DNA of 49,534 nucleotides from a virus (lineage: Duplodnaviria > Caudoviricetes), in the IMG/VR virus record IMGVR_UViG_3300029822_000015, positions 1 to 49,534 of that record, one strand, 5' to 3'. A model generated the notes under the pieces. It worked only from the letters and a program-made list of their open reading frames with translations. It did not search any database and had not been told where the DNA came from. Below, in pieces: positions 7,952 to 18,700 of this stretch; positions within the stretch are counted from its first letter, which is position 1, and every line of letters begins with the position of its first letter. Made by a program: the position numbers and the translations under genes.

Positions 7952-9484
7952 CTAGCTCACAGGTACTCCTACTATTCCAGAGAATCCAGATGATTGCAAT
8001 GATGCAATTAAAGTAGCTGCATCTGCATCAGTACCTACAGTAGCATATATTGGGTACACTTGAGTACCATTAGTAGGATTAGTAGAAAATATTTGCCGCT
8101 TACTGAAAGTATTCGCTTGTCCGGTTCGTGCTAAGTCAGACGGTAAACTGCTTGCTAGTAGTAACGGATTGTTGTTGACCGTTGGGACAGTGTCGAAATT
8201 GTTTGCTCCAGATAGGTGGGCTACTTTGGAATCGTCAGATTTCGTTAAAATTTCTACTGGATTAGGACACCAATCAGTAGCTACACTACCTTTTTCAAGC
8301 TTCATATGATGGAAAGTTACCTTGTTTCCGTGTGTGTTACCTTTATTACCTGCATAAACTAGAAGAGTATTGTATCCATCTGTTGGCTTGACTAATCCGG
8401 ATATTTTGCCATTAACAATAGGGAATGTGGTATAAGAATCATCAATGGTTGTATTGGTCGTTAGACTATATGCTTTAACGTCTATAGAAGTAGCGGTTCC
8501 TACAACGGATACATCGGAACTAAAAGTATATACAGACCCCACAATTAGATTATTATATATAATCGCACGTACCCATCCTTGAGAGGTATTAGACGAGTCA
8601 TCTACTATTAAATCACTACTGGTACCTGTTAATAGATTAGTTCCTACAGCACTGTTATCAACTTGAGTTTGTAATGTGGAAACCTCTTCAATTCCAGCTA
8701 CATCGCTAGCTGGTTTACGCATATCAGCTACGTTAACTTTTTTATCCAGTTGCTGATTAACGTCAACTGTCTTGGCGTAAGCATTCCCCGCACCGTCAAC
8801 TGGATCAACTTTAAAGGCCTTTTTACCATCAATTGTTTCATCGCCGGAATTATGGACAACCGTGCTATTATTAGCCGGTGTAAATTTAGACTCGCCATTA
8901 TCTAGTGAGATACTAGCTCCGTCAGTTAACACAACATCTGGTGTGTTGCTATTAGATACTTCGATTTTCTCAAAGGTTTTAGTCCCAGTTGATGTCTCGT
9001 TACCGCTGGTGTGTAAAACCGTGTCATTCGTTGCAAAGGCATCATTTGACATGCTTAAGCTAATACTCGAAGCATTATTTAAAGCTGTTGCAAACTTATA
9101 ATTATAAGTTACTGGTGTGCTGCCAGAGTACGCTGGGATTGTGTCAGGTGTACCGGTTGTAGTGATAACCTCAATTAAGGTAGAAATACCATTCGCGCTA
9201 TCTGATCCCCAGATACCAAAAACCCAAGCCTGATAATCAGTAGTTACATTAGCGTTTGAAACTGCAGTTGAGATGATAAAGCTATTGCCTGATTTTTGAA
9301 GGCCATTAGCACTTGTTGTCTGAACCACATTGTCAATTTTAGTCATACTGGTAATAACTGTTGATGCGGCTAACTGTACATTACTAATTTCAATTTTATC
9401 GATTGAAAGTGAGGACTTGTTAGCAAGGATTTGCGCGAATAACGCATTACCTGCATCCGTTACTTGTGCTTTGTTATAAGCCAT
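7952..9484 (-). CDS. Tail fibre / upper baseplate protein
   Basis: N-terminal VTDAGNAL baseplate-attachment motif; VVHxSGDETIDGKKxF-type repeats; NLLTGT...KLEKGSVATDWCPNP carbohydrate-binding-like module. Confidence 0.8.
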   Translation of the reverse strand: MAYNKAQVTDAGNALFAQILANKSSLSIDKIEISNVQLAASTVITSMTKIDNVVQTTSANGLQKSGNSFIISTAVSNANVTTDYQAWVFGIWGSDSANGISTLIEVITTTGTPDTIPAYSGSTPVTYNYKFATALNNASSISLSMSNDAFATNDTVLHTSGNETSTGTKTFEKIEVSNSNTPDVVLTDGASISLDNGESKFTPANNSTVVHNSGDETIDGKKAFKVDPVDGAGNAYAKTVDVNQQLDKKVNVADMRKPASDVAGIEEVSTLQTQVDNSAVGTNLLTGTSSDLIVDDSSNTSQGWVRAIIYNNLIVGSVYTFSSDVSVVGTATSIDVKAYSLTTNTTIDDSYTTFPIVNGKISGLVKPTDGYNTLLVYAGNKGNTHGNKVTFHHMKLEKGSVATDWCPNPVEILTKSDDSKVAHLSGANNFDTVPTVNNNPLLLASSLPSDLARTGQANTFSKRQIFSTNPTNGTQVYPIYATVGTDADAATLIASLQSSGFSGIVGVPVS

Positions 9485-9486
9485 TA

Positions 9487-10101
9487 TTAGTTGCCTCCTT
9501 GAACGGGTATTGTTTGATTTTTAACCTCATAAACAGCCACTCCTGTAAATAATTGAGAAGTTGAGCCATTTATGAAGTTAACAGCCTTAATAATTACGTC
9601 AGCTACGGTTGCCGACCCTAAGCGATCCATTAAGACTTGTAAGGATTGGCTTGAAGTGACAAGCGATGTTGGTAGCGACTGCACATCAACAACCTGCGGT
9701 TCCCCAATCATTTTACTACCATTCCATTGATAATCATTATTAACCACAATTCCGCTTGTTGTTGGGTCAGCACCCAGCGAATTACAAATGATTGTAATAA
9801 TGTCATTAGTTGTCCCCGACGAATTAGCTGCGATGATCTTTGTTTTAAGCAAAAATCGATAATCGTCATCATTACGACCATAACGTGGTTGCTGTAGATC
9901 ATCGCCAATGTTGTCTAGCTGTAACCCAACCGCTTCATCAATGATGTGGCTCAAGGCTATCTCATCAGCATTATTATCCATCAATAGAATAGTTTGCGCT
10001 ATAATTTTAGCGAAATTAACCATCTCGTTACCATCATTAAAGTTAAATCCGTTGTCAAAATACTGTCGAACTCGACCATACACCTCATCTAAATCAGCCA
10101 T
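9487..10101 (-). CDS. Baseplate wedge protein (DUF2612-like)
   Basis: AVGLQLDNIG...R...DDDYRFLLKTKI motif; follows baseplate J. Confidence 0.8.
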   Translation of the reverse strand: MADLDEVYGRVRQYFDNGFNFNDGNEMVNFAKIIAQTILLMDNNADEIALSHIIDEAVGLQLDNIGDDLQQPRYGRNDDDYRFLLKTKIIAANSSGTTNDIITIICNSLGADPTTSGIVVNNDYQWNGSKMIGEPQVVDVQSLPTSLVTSSQSLQVLMDRLGSATVADVIIKAVNFINGSTSQLFTGVAVYEVKNQTIPVQGGN

Positions 10102-11245
10102 TGTAAACCACCTCTATGTTGTTGTCATCGATAGTTGGTAGTTTAAAAGTGCTTAGCTGAATATCGGTTGAACTTAAGGCGTCTGCACTTAATCCGATTT
10201 TAACGTCTGCATACTCTAAACCATCAATAGCATATAAGTCAGCAAAGAATTGACTGATAGCAATTTTAGAACCCATGGTCAAGCTTTCAATATACCCACT
10301 AACAGCTAGTTTAATGTCTTCTGTGCCGCTGTCCTGATCAAAACTGCTATCAACGGTGGCGGTTACTTGAGCATAGATTGGTGCTTCAACCGGTCGGTCA
10401 AAATAAACTGTGTGGCTAACTCCCGCGCTGTCGGCAACCGCTTGGCTTAGAGTGCCATAGGTTGCGATACCTGCGCCGATATTTTCAAAAATCGCGGTGG
10501 CCACATCCTCATCTGTCCCACCATAAACGTAAAAATGAATTGTTTTCGCGGGATTACCATCTGCATCAGCTACTGTACTTGTATTTTGAATGATCTTAAC
10601 CGAAGTTACCCCCGTAACATTATTGAGTGCGGTATATAAGCCATTTAAAGTTGAGGACTCACTAGCTTGTGAGGCGAGCTTGATTCGTGCTCTAAAATCA
10701 AGGTCAGTCTCCATATCCTGACCACCAGCGGCAGCGGCCACGTTAGTGACTGTATCGATTTCTTCAACGGGCTGTTGTTGATTGGTGATCGTCCCTGCCG
10801 CAACATTATATTCTTCGCCTAAGTCACTAGAGACCGCAAGGGTAGACCCTACTCCATTCGCGTCAAGTTGTAGATCATCAACTGTGTAAAACTCGTTGCC
10901 GTTGTCATCGGTAAAAATAGTCCCCGTTGGGATGACGTAACCGACTGTTCCGGTAAAAGATAGCGTTACTTGCGCCATAGTTGCTTGCTTACGCATTAGT
11001 CCGTAATTTGAAGCTAATTCGTCAAGCTGCACACCAGAAGCGTAATTAATTGACCCTGCGTCATAAGCTGTCTCGCCTTTTTCGTCATTATCTACTAGCA
11101 GTTGTGCTAATGCCATCGATAACGTCCCATAAAATGATCGGCTAGAAACGTTGGTTGTTTCACCGCGGACATTACGGATAATGCTTTGAACCATTTCTAG
11201 CGCATCGTTATAATCAAGAGCTTCATAGCCGTTTTCATCAAGCAT
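10094..11245 (-). CDS. Baseplate J-like protein
   Basis: ASGVQLD, GGQDMETDLDFRARI, V.GV.SV and FDRP motifs. Confidence 0.9.
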   Translation of the reverse strand: MLDENGYEALDYNDALEMVQSIIRNVRGETTNVSSRSFYGTLSMALAQLLVDNDEKGETAYDAGSINYASGVQLDELASNYGLMRKQATMAQVTLSFTGTVGYVIPTGTIFTDDNGNEFYTVDDLQLDANGVGSTLAVSSDLGEEYNVAAGTITNQQQPVEEIDTVTNVAAAAGGQDMETDLDFRARIKLASQASESSTLNGLYTALNNVTGVTSVKIIQNTSTVADADGNPAKTIHFYVYGGTDEDVATAIFENIGAGIATYGTLSQAVADSAGVSHTVYFDRPVEAPIYAQVTATVDSSFDQDSGTEDIKLAVSGYIESLTMGSKIAISQFFADLYAIDGLEYADVKIGLSADALSSTDIQLSTFKLPTIDDNNIEVVYNG

Positions 11246-11606
11246 AAATATCACCTAGATTCGTTCTTAGTGGCACATACTGCCCATTTACCTCAATGTT
11301 AATGCTAACTGTTAATTGTCGATTTGAGTCGGTTTCAAGAGACTCAACGGTGACCCCAGTAATTCGTGGATCCTGTAACAGTGTGTCTTGAATGGCGGTT
11401 GTAATCAATTGCTTATTCATTTTTTTACGAAAGAAAACAGTCTGATCTAGCCCTTCGTCAGGATCTAAAACCCAGTTACCCTTGGCCATATTTAACGCAA
11501 TTCGAGCACACTGCGCTACCTCTTGTGCGTCTTCGACCATTGGGACATCACCATCAGCAGTTACTGCCAGATCACCAGCTTCTGTAATTGTCGCGTCCTG
11601 TGCCAT
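11238..11606 (-). CDS. Baseplate wedge / sheath initiator (DUF2634, gp25-like)
   Basis: GNWVLDPDEG and LLQDPRITGV motifs; synteny. Confidence 0.75.
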   Translation of the reverse strand: MAQDATITEAGDLAVTADGDVPMVEDAQEVAQCARIALNMAKGNWVLDPDEGLDQTVFFRKKMNKQLITTAIQDTLLQDPRITGVTVESLETDSNRQLTVSINIEVNGQYVPLRTNLGDIYA

Positions 11607-11611
11607 ACTTA

Positions 11612-12001
11612 TCACTTCCCATCATAAATTTTGCCAATAATGATGCCGTCGTTAACATCGTGCGTACGGGTAGAGTCTAATGAATAATTACTATCACGTT
11701 TAGTATTAGAAGTGTCCCGGTCATCAAAAACAACTTGGACAACATCACCCACCTTAAAATCTGGTTTAATAGTGGCCGTTTGGTCACCGATCTTTACGGT
11801 CATCGGCGTGTATAAAATTGGTAAATACAGCAACATAGCTCGCTTTTTACCGTTGCTATATAACGCTAGCGGCTGGCAATTAAAGGTGTTGTTGCCGTTA
11901 TCCTTGGTAATTTTACACCGTTGTGAAACCGCAATTCCCGCGCTAATCTCGGTGTTTAAGCTCTCAATAAGCTTGCTTAGGTAATCTGTTTTGACCGCCA
12001 T
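11612..12001 (-). CDS. Baseplate central spike-like protein (Gp138-like OB fold)
   Basis: CQPL...KVGDVVQVVFDDRD...RTHDVNDGIIIG. Confidence 0.75.
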   Translation of the reverse strand: MAVKTDYLSKLIESLNTEISAGIAVSQRCKITKDNGNNTFNCQPLALYSNGKKRAMLLYLPILYTPMTVKIGDQTATIKPDFKVGDVVQVVFDDRDTSNTKRDSNYSLDSTRTHDVNDGIIIGKIYDGK

Positions 12002-12003
12002 TA

Positions 12004-13239
12004 TCAGCTCTTCTTTCTTTTGGCTTGCTTGGCCTTTAATTTTTTCTTAGCAGCGGCATCAGCTTTCTTCTTAGCCGCTGCTTTCTTCTTAGCTTCGGTT
12101 TTAGCCTGTGCCTTTCTATAAGCATCATAATCCACGAAATTACAGGTCGTTATCTGCTGGGTGTTATCAATAGTGTGCTCACCGTCTTTAACTAGCACCC
12201 ATTTGTCCATGGTAACTGACTTTAAGTGAAAGACATAACCGCCGGTAATGCTGTTTCGCATTAAAAACACGGCCTGATACTCGGAAGTTGCTGTTGCTGA
12301 TGTCGAATCATCTTGCAGTGTTGGCTCCTGCAATAGCCCAGAGGTGTAGTCAATGTAAAGATCGCTCTTTTTATTGTTAGCATATTGCCTAATATAAAGT
12401 TTACCACGGCTATTATAAACTGGCGTGTTGCATTTCGATGCAATTGCTTTAATTGCAGCCATCGGTTTTGATTTAGCTGTGTAGCCCTTCGTAAACTTAG
12501 TGTCATCGACCAGCTTCATACTGTAAATTTTAATCCCCGCGGCCTTAGCGATTTTTTTAATGATTGTTGATCCTTTAGTATTCTTAGCGAACGATAACGG
12601 CGCATAGACCGTTTTTTTAGTGTACTTCTTATTCGCGGCAAGTGCTTTTTTTTGCTTTAAATAGGCCGCTCGCTTCGACTTAGCATAGTTATCTTTTTTA
12701 GTCCGGATCTGCTTATAATAGGCACTTACTTCTTTAGCCGTAGCATTAGGGTGTTCATCACGCCATTTTTTACGTTGTGCGTTAAGCTTGCTATTGTACT
12801 TGGTAATGGCTTGGTCAAGTGTTTTTTGTGAGGCAACAACCCGTGTTTTAGATGTTGTCTTAACTTTTATTTCTTTGATTGTGTCATAGTTTGACCCACT
12901 TCTTATTGAGAACTGAAATGTTTTATCGCCGACTTCGTAATCACTTGGTGTTAGCGCACTCACAGTACCCTCAAAAGTAGTTGTAATTGTATTATAAGCA
13001 CCTGTCTCACTGATCCACCCTGCCTCTATTTTAGCATAACTGTTTTTAACAATTATCTTTTGTTGTGATTTTGGTAAGTTGTGTATTGTAACCGTAGCCG
13101 TTTGGGTTGTCCCGGTTGTGCCAAAAGGGATTGACATTTCCATAAAAGCACTATTGCCAAACTTTGATTTATTAATCACCGTTAGTGTTTCTGATTTACC
13201 CTCAACCGTTAATTTTTGATAAGCTCGTACTAGTTTCAT
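12004..13239 (-). CDS. Baseplate hub protein with Lys-rich insert and tail
   Basis: ATVTIHNL, IEAGW and SGLLQEP hub motifs; synteny. Confidence 0.7.
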   Translation of the reverse strand: MKLVRAYQKLTVEGKSETLTVINKSKFGNSAFMEMSIPFGTTGTTQTATVTIHNLPKSQQKIIVKNSYAKIEAGWISETGAYNTITTTFEGTVSALTPSDYEVGDKTFQFSIRSGSNYDTIKEIKVKTTSKTRVVASQKTLDQAITKYNSKLNAQRKKWRDEHPNATAKEVSAYYKQIRTKKDNYAKSKRAAYLKQKKALAANKKYTKKTVYAPLSFAKNTKGSTIIKKIAKAAGIKIYSMKLVDDTKFTKGYTAKSKPMAAIKAIASKCNTPVYNSRGKLYIRQYANNKKSDLYIDYTSGLLQEPTLQDDSTSATATSEYQAVFLMRNSITGGYVFHLKSVTMDKWVLVKDGEHTIDNTQQITTCNFVDYDAYRKAQAKTEAKKKAAAKKKADAAAKKKLKAKQAKRKKS

Positions 13240-13709
13240 CACAGATCACCGCCATTTGTAGGTAGCGCATAAGGATTCGCAGCATATGAAGCGTCATCAT
13301 CAGTTGTTGTGGTTTCATCATCGGTATCTAGCAGGTCATCAGAAACATCAGTATCGTCAGTATCACCATTTGTTGGATTAGTAACACTAGCTGGCAGGTC
13401 ATCATAATAAACGAACACATCTTGTTGAAAATTTAAGTAGCTAACGGTACTCTCAACACCGGTTTCATCAAGGACAATTAGAGTTGTACTTGGTAATCGC
13501 GCATCATTGATGTTCCATAATGGCATGCCATAGACAAGTTTTTCACCTAGGATCAGTGGCTCACCAGAATCATTATAGAGATCTAGGTAAAAGGTGTCTG
13601 TTAGATGCCGATAACTAAGACTGATCGTGAACTGTTCGGTGCCGATAGTAATATCTGAACTGCTAGGAAATGCGCTTGTATCAAACATTAATTTATCTCT
13701 TACACTCAT
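13239..13709 (-). CDS. Small baseplate (plug-like) protein with acidic tail
   Basis: FYLDLYNDSGEPLILGEKLVYGMPL motif. Confidence 0.65.
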   Translation of the reverse strand: MSVRDKLMFDTSAFPSSSDITIGTEQFTISLSYRHLTDTFYLDLYNDSGEPLILGEKLVYGMPLWNINDARLPSTTLIVLDETGVESTVSYLNFQQDVFVYYDDLPASVTNPTNGDTDDTDVSDDLLDTDDETTTTDDDASYAANPYALPTNGGDL

Positions 13710-13720
13710 ACTTACCCCTC

Positions 13721-15712
13721 CTACTTAACCCGCATTTTTTTACCGATCGGGATCTTAGTGTCAGACCAGCCGTTCCATTTTCTTAGCTGCGCTACGGTTG
13801 ATCTGTACTTAAGGGACATCTTGTAATAGGTGTCACCCGATTTAGTTGTGACATACTTTGCAGTAGTTTTTTTTCTACCGCTGCCACCTGTTTTAGTAGC
13901 TTTTTTGGTGGTCGTCTTTTTCTTTTTATTTGCATTAGAATCAGACCAATTAACATAGTTGATCGTTGCTGTTACGGGGATCGCATTATCATAGTTTTTG
14001 TCCTGATCTTGCGTAGTTGTCTCGATTAAGCAGTGCGTGTTGCTACCAGTAGCGCTGGAGTATTCGACTTCAATTAAGTCTCGGCTCCACCTAAATAGCT
14101 TTTCCCAACGCTTTCTAAGGCTGGCTTCAGAACCGGGTTCGCCCATAATATGGCCAGTTACCGTAATTTGTGGCGCGCCTGGCGCAGTAATTGTGCTGAT
14201 CGGTTGGCCCTTGATAATTGGGTTGCTGTTAACTGTTGATGATACTTCACTACTAATATTATCGGCTGAAATAACCACAAAGCTGTCGGCACTTCCGGGG
14301 TTAACTGGCGTGATAACCACATCATCGTTACCACCAAGCGCGGCGAGCGCGTCATCGATATTGGCTGAAACTGCTTGTCTAAGGATAGTTCTTGCCGCAG
14401 CCTTAGCGTTAGTCAAAGCAGTTGCTTGCGCGCGAGACAGCGAAGTTTTTGCCTTATATAAAGCCGTCTTAAGCTTTGCTTCTTTAGCTTTGCTTTTAGA
14501 GATTGTTGCCTGCACCCGCGTTATTTGTGCTTGGAGCCTAGTTTTAGCTGAACCTTTGGCCACCGCTTCTTTTTTCTTCAAAATTTGTAATTCAACCCTT
14601 TGATTAGCAATAATGTTAGCTTGATTTTTGTAAGCTGTTTGGGCTTTTTTTTCAGCCTTGGTCGCCTTAGCAGTAGCCGTCCCGCCAGTATCATATTTAG
14701 CTTTAGCCGCTTTGGCTAAATTATAAGCTTTGGCAGCTTCTGCCAGAGCCTTTTTTGTTGCATTTAAGGCCAGCAGGTATTGGTCAAGCGAGCTGTTAGC
14801 ATTTATCAATGGGATACTGAAAAGATAATTAATTGCATTACCACTTGAGTTATGGTTATTAAAAGTAACTAACAAAACATCGCCATCAGGATAGACTCCC
14901 TCTGGTTCGGATAGTGCGTAGGCCATACCAAACAGGCTAGTGTCGTAAACCTTGCTAAACTGTACTATACCGGTCTCAACATTGACACAGCTTACTGTAG
15001 CGGGATCGCTAGTTGAGTATTGTCCAACATGCCAGTAAACATAAGGTAAAGACAAACCGGTGCATTGAAAAGTTTGATTAATTGGGTCTAAACCGACTGT
15101 AGTTAAGTCGATGCTGTATTTAGCAGTGCTTAAATCAATTGGTTCGCACACGTAGTAGATGTAGCCCTTCTCGAACCCGACTAGGTTATTAGTTCGGTCG
15201 TAGTTAACGTGGACAATATCAGTTGACTTTAAAAGCGCGGTTTGACTGTAAGCTGATATTGTGGTGCTTGCTTGATAGGCAAACTTACTTATCTGATAGC
15301 CGCCACTTTGTGCTTTTGTACAAGCCCAGATGTTGCCATCATTATCAACCCCAAATGACCCGCCATGGCCACCATTGGTAACTACCATGGCCGACTCGTA
15401 CTTAAGTGAGCTAGTCATCTTTTCGTAGACCGTATCACTCCCCTTTGGGTAAGAGATAAGATAGCCATCAGCATAGGGTACGGTGTACTGGGAGCCATTA
15501 TAGGTTGTCCCTGATTTTTCACTATATTTCGCGAGTAGCTTATAGCCAGCTTGGTTAATGTTCATAAGCTGGCCACTTGAGTTTTGGTCAACGTTTGCGC
15601 TACTCATTTTAAGATAAGTTTGTTGTGCATTATCATAGGCGCTTTTTGCCGCTGTATAAACAGAAAGCGCCTGATTATAAGCGGTTTTTACCGTATCAGA
15701 CGCAGTTGACAT
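13721..15712 (-). CDS. Tail-tube initiator-like LysM protein with large N-terminal extension
   Basis: C-terminal LysM (TKSGDTYYKMS...LRKWN...IPIGKKMRV); tube-like domain; K/A coiled coil; N-terminal GGHG propeller-like domain. Confidence 0.7.
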   Translation of the reverse strand: MSTASDTVKTAYNQALSVYTAAKSAYDNAQQTYLKMSSANVDQNSSGQLMNINQAGYKLLAKYSEKSGTTYNGSQYTVPYADGYLISYPKGSDTVYEKMTSSLKYESAMVVTNGGHGGSFGVDNDGNIWACTKAQSGGYQISKFAYQASTTISAYSQTALLKSTDIVHVNYDRTNNLVGFEKGYIYYVCEPIDLSTAKYSIDLTTVGLDPINQTFQCTGLSLPYVYWHVGQYSTSDPATVSCVNVETGIVQFSKVYDTSLFGMAYALSEPEGVYPDGDVLLVTFNNHNSSGNAINYLFSIPLINANSSLDQYLLALNATKKALAEAAKAYNLAKAAKAKYDTGGTATAKATKAEKKAQTAYKNQANIIANQRVELQILKKKEAVAKGSAKTRLQAQITRVQATISKSKAKEAKLKTALYKAKTSLSRAQATALTNAKAAARTILRQAVSANIDDALAALGGNDDVVITPVNPGSADSFVVISADNISSEVSSTVNSNPIIKGQPISTITAPGAPQITVTGHIMGEPGSEASLRKRWEKLFRWSRDLIEVEYSSATGSNTHCLIETTTQDQDKNYDNAIPVTATINYVNWSDSNANKKKKTTTKKATKTGGSGRKKTTAKYVTTKSGDTYYKMSLKYRSTVAQLRKWNGWSDTKIPIGKKMRVK

Positions 15713-18700
15713 TATATGGTTGCCTCCTCTTGTTGTGAAATAGCTTGTGCCATCATCTGCTGAACGATGCTCTTGATCTGCGGTTCAGCTTGCTTAATAG
15801 CTTGTGATGTAGCTGTGCCAGCAGTTGCACTTTCAGCATTGATCGTGAAGTTAAAGTTAGCATTGATCGTAATACTACCAGTAGATGAAGCTTTAGATGC
15901 TTTTTTAAACACATTATTAGTTAGCGGGTTAGTAGTCGCAATTCTAGTAAGCTGCTTAGCAATGTTCTCGGGATTGAAAATTGAGTTCTTATACTTAGAA
16001 CGCGCGCTAACTGCCGAATTGATAAGGCCATCAGCGCTATTCTTAGCAGGATTAATAGCAACTTCGCTATTCTTCTCGCCGAAAATGTTAAGCTTGCCTT
16101 TTTTAGACCAGCCGCCATTATCATTTAGAATAGCTTCAATTTTTTTAGCTCCAGCAACGTGTTGCGCGTTATGGCCGCCACGCTCCCATGTGCTTGAAAA
16201 CTCGTTAGCCAAGGATGAAACGCTGGCGTTACTTCTAAGGATTCGCTTAAAAATAGCGCTATCTGAACCATCACCATTTAAGGCAAAGGATATTTGTGCC
16301 CCAGCATTCTTCCAACTCTTGCCATGTTTTTTAGCATAGTTCTTTAAGGCGGTAAATCGGCCGTTAAGCCATTGCCCTAATCCAGAAGCACCAATACTGT
16401 TTTGGCTAGCGGGGTTCAAGCTAGATTCAAACTCCCAGTTGCCCAAAATTGCGGCGATACCATTGTTAGTAGCATTAGGATAGAGATTTTTAATAATTTT
16501 CTCAAGTTGTTTAGCTCGGCTCGCAACGTTTCCGGAAATCCCAGCCCCGCTGAACGATTCTTCTTGCAGATTTTCACTGATCCATTTGAGTTGTGGTGCC
16601 AGTTGCTTAGCAACGAGTTTAGATAATGCGCTCGATTTTTTACTGCTATTTTTAGAGCCTGTGCTCTTACCCGACATCTTAGTGACATCATACCAGCCTG
16701 CAGTTGACAACATGTTCTTAGTCATCGGGTTACCCTTGGTGATCCCGATATGAACATGAGGCCCAGAACCAGCACCAGACAAAGATCCAAGAGTAGCAAT
16801 CTTTTGTCCTGTCTTAATCGTATCACCAACGGCCGTCTTAATGTTATTCATGCCGCCGAATTCTTGATAAATTTCTTCATAACCATCATCCGACTTGACA
16901 ATGATGACCTTACCTAGATCGCTAATACCCGTCCCGCCGGTCTTGATAACTTTACCGCCATGGACAGCTAAAATACTTGAACCGAGCGACCCGCTAAAGT
17001 CGACCCCGTCATGCCTGGCACCTCCCCCGTACATTTGTGCTCTTGATGCACCGAAGGGGTCGGTTTCTTTAAGACCAGGGTTATGCCGCCAAGTACCGCC
17101 AGCACCAGAGCCGCCACCAGATTCAGCGCTTGCCATTTGTGACCAGGCTTCGTTAGACCATGGGTAGCCAAACCGCTTAGATGCTCGTGAGCTTAATCCA
17201 GAGATGCCACTAGATAAGCTAGTTTTACCAGCCTTGATCTTGCTTGCGTATTCGCTATTAAAAGCAGCGTCCGGGTGTTTAGAATTGGTGCTGATTATTT
17301 TACGTAAAGCGCTTTTGGAAACACCAGAACCCTTAGCAAAGTGATTATAACCCATGGATTTGGCCAATTCTTGCGTCTGTGAGCCATTTAAGATCTGGTC
17401 GCCCCTCTTGATAGGCACCATTGCATTATGACCTCTAGGTAGCAAAATATTGTTATCACGAATGATTGCTTCCTGACGGGGGCCAGTTTTAGCATCGTTA
17501 ACGATACCAATTTGATTGTTACCTACTTGGCCGTTAGACCCGTGTGCATAATGCACGGTCTTGATGGCTGAACTGTTACCACCAAACTGACTAAGAACCT
17601 TATCAATGCTTGAAATACCAGTGTTCAACTGGTCGACTGTGTCAGACATGGCTGTGTGCGAATACTTCTTCATCTTGCCTAATGCGGTCCCAAAGTTTGA
17701 AGCAGTGTCCTTAGCAGAGTTAGTAACACCCGTGTTGAGTTGATCCATCTGCTTTTGAACACCTTTTTGCATGTCATTATAGTCACTGATGGAGTTCTTT
17801 TTAGTCTTGGCTGTATACGAGCTGGTGTCCTTATTAATGGATTTCCAACGATTAGTGTTGCGCTTGTCGAACTGTTGCAGTTGCTTATAGCTACCTTTTT
17901 TCAGGTCAGCGTAGTCTGAAACAGTTTGCTTCTTAATTGACTTGGTGTGCTTGCTGGTGTCTTTGCTGATGATAGCCCAATCTTTTTTAGATGATTTAGC
18001 TAACTTAACTACGCTCGCAGCGGCCTTAGCTGTTCCGATGCCGGTTGTCCCACCAGCATAAGCTAGACTAGTTGTACCACCTACATAACCAGGGAGCACT
18101 CGGTTTTTTCCAAGGCCACCAGATAATACTTTTTTAGTATCACGAGCAGTTAAAATCCGTTCACCAGAGTAAACCTTTTCAAATGCGGGCCCGTTTGACC
18201 CTAAAAGCCGAACAGACTTGCCGCCCTTCTTATAAGCAAGCTCGATACCGTCTTCACCAACTAACGCGGTTCCAGTAGTATGGATCGACCCGCCAAGAGC
18301 GTGACTTTTCTTAGTCTTAGGTGAGTGCGATTTAGAACTAGACTTGTCAGTAACATCTTTATAGATTCCGGTAAACAGCGATTTAACACCGCTGCCAATA
18401 TCACCTACAATGTTACTAATTGTCTTATAAAAAGTATTAAAAAGGCCTGTTATAGTCCCTAAAATGCCCTTTATTTCATCACCGAAACCAGAAAAGATTG
18501 TTTTAGCGTCTTTCCAAGCTTTCTTCCAGCGTCCATGGATTAGATCATCAATCCCAGAAAAGGCACCAGAAACAATTTTAAAAACGCCCTTAGTTACTGT
18601 TGCTAAGCCCTTAATAACAACCCCGGCAGCCGAAATTACACCACTCAAGGCATGTCCAAAGACTTTAATAGCAGTTACCAGCTCAACTTTAAAAACTGTT

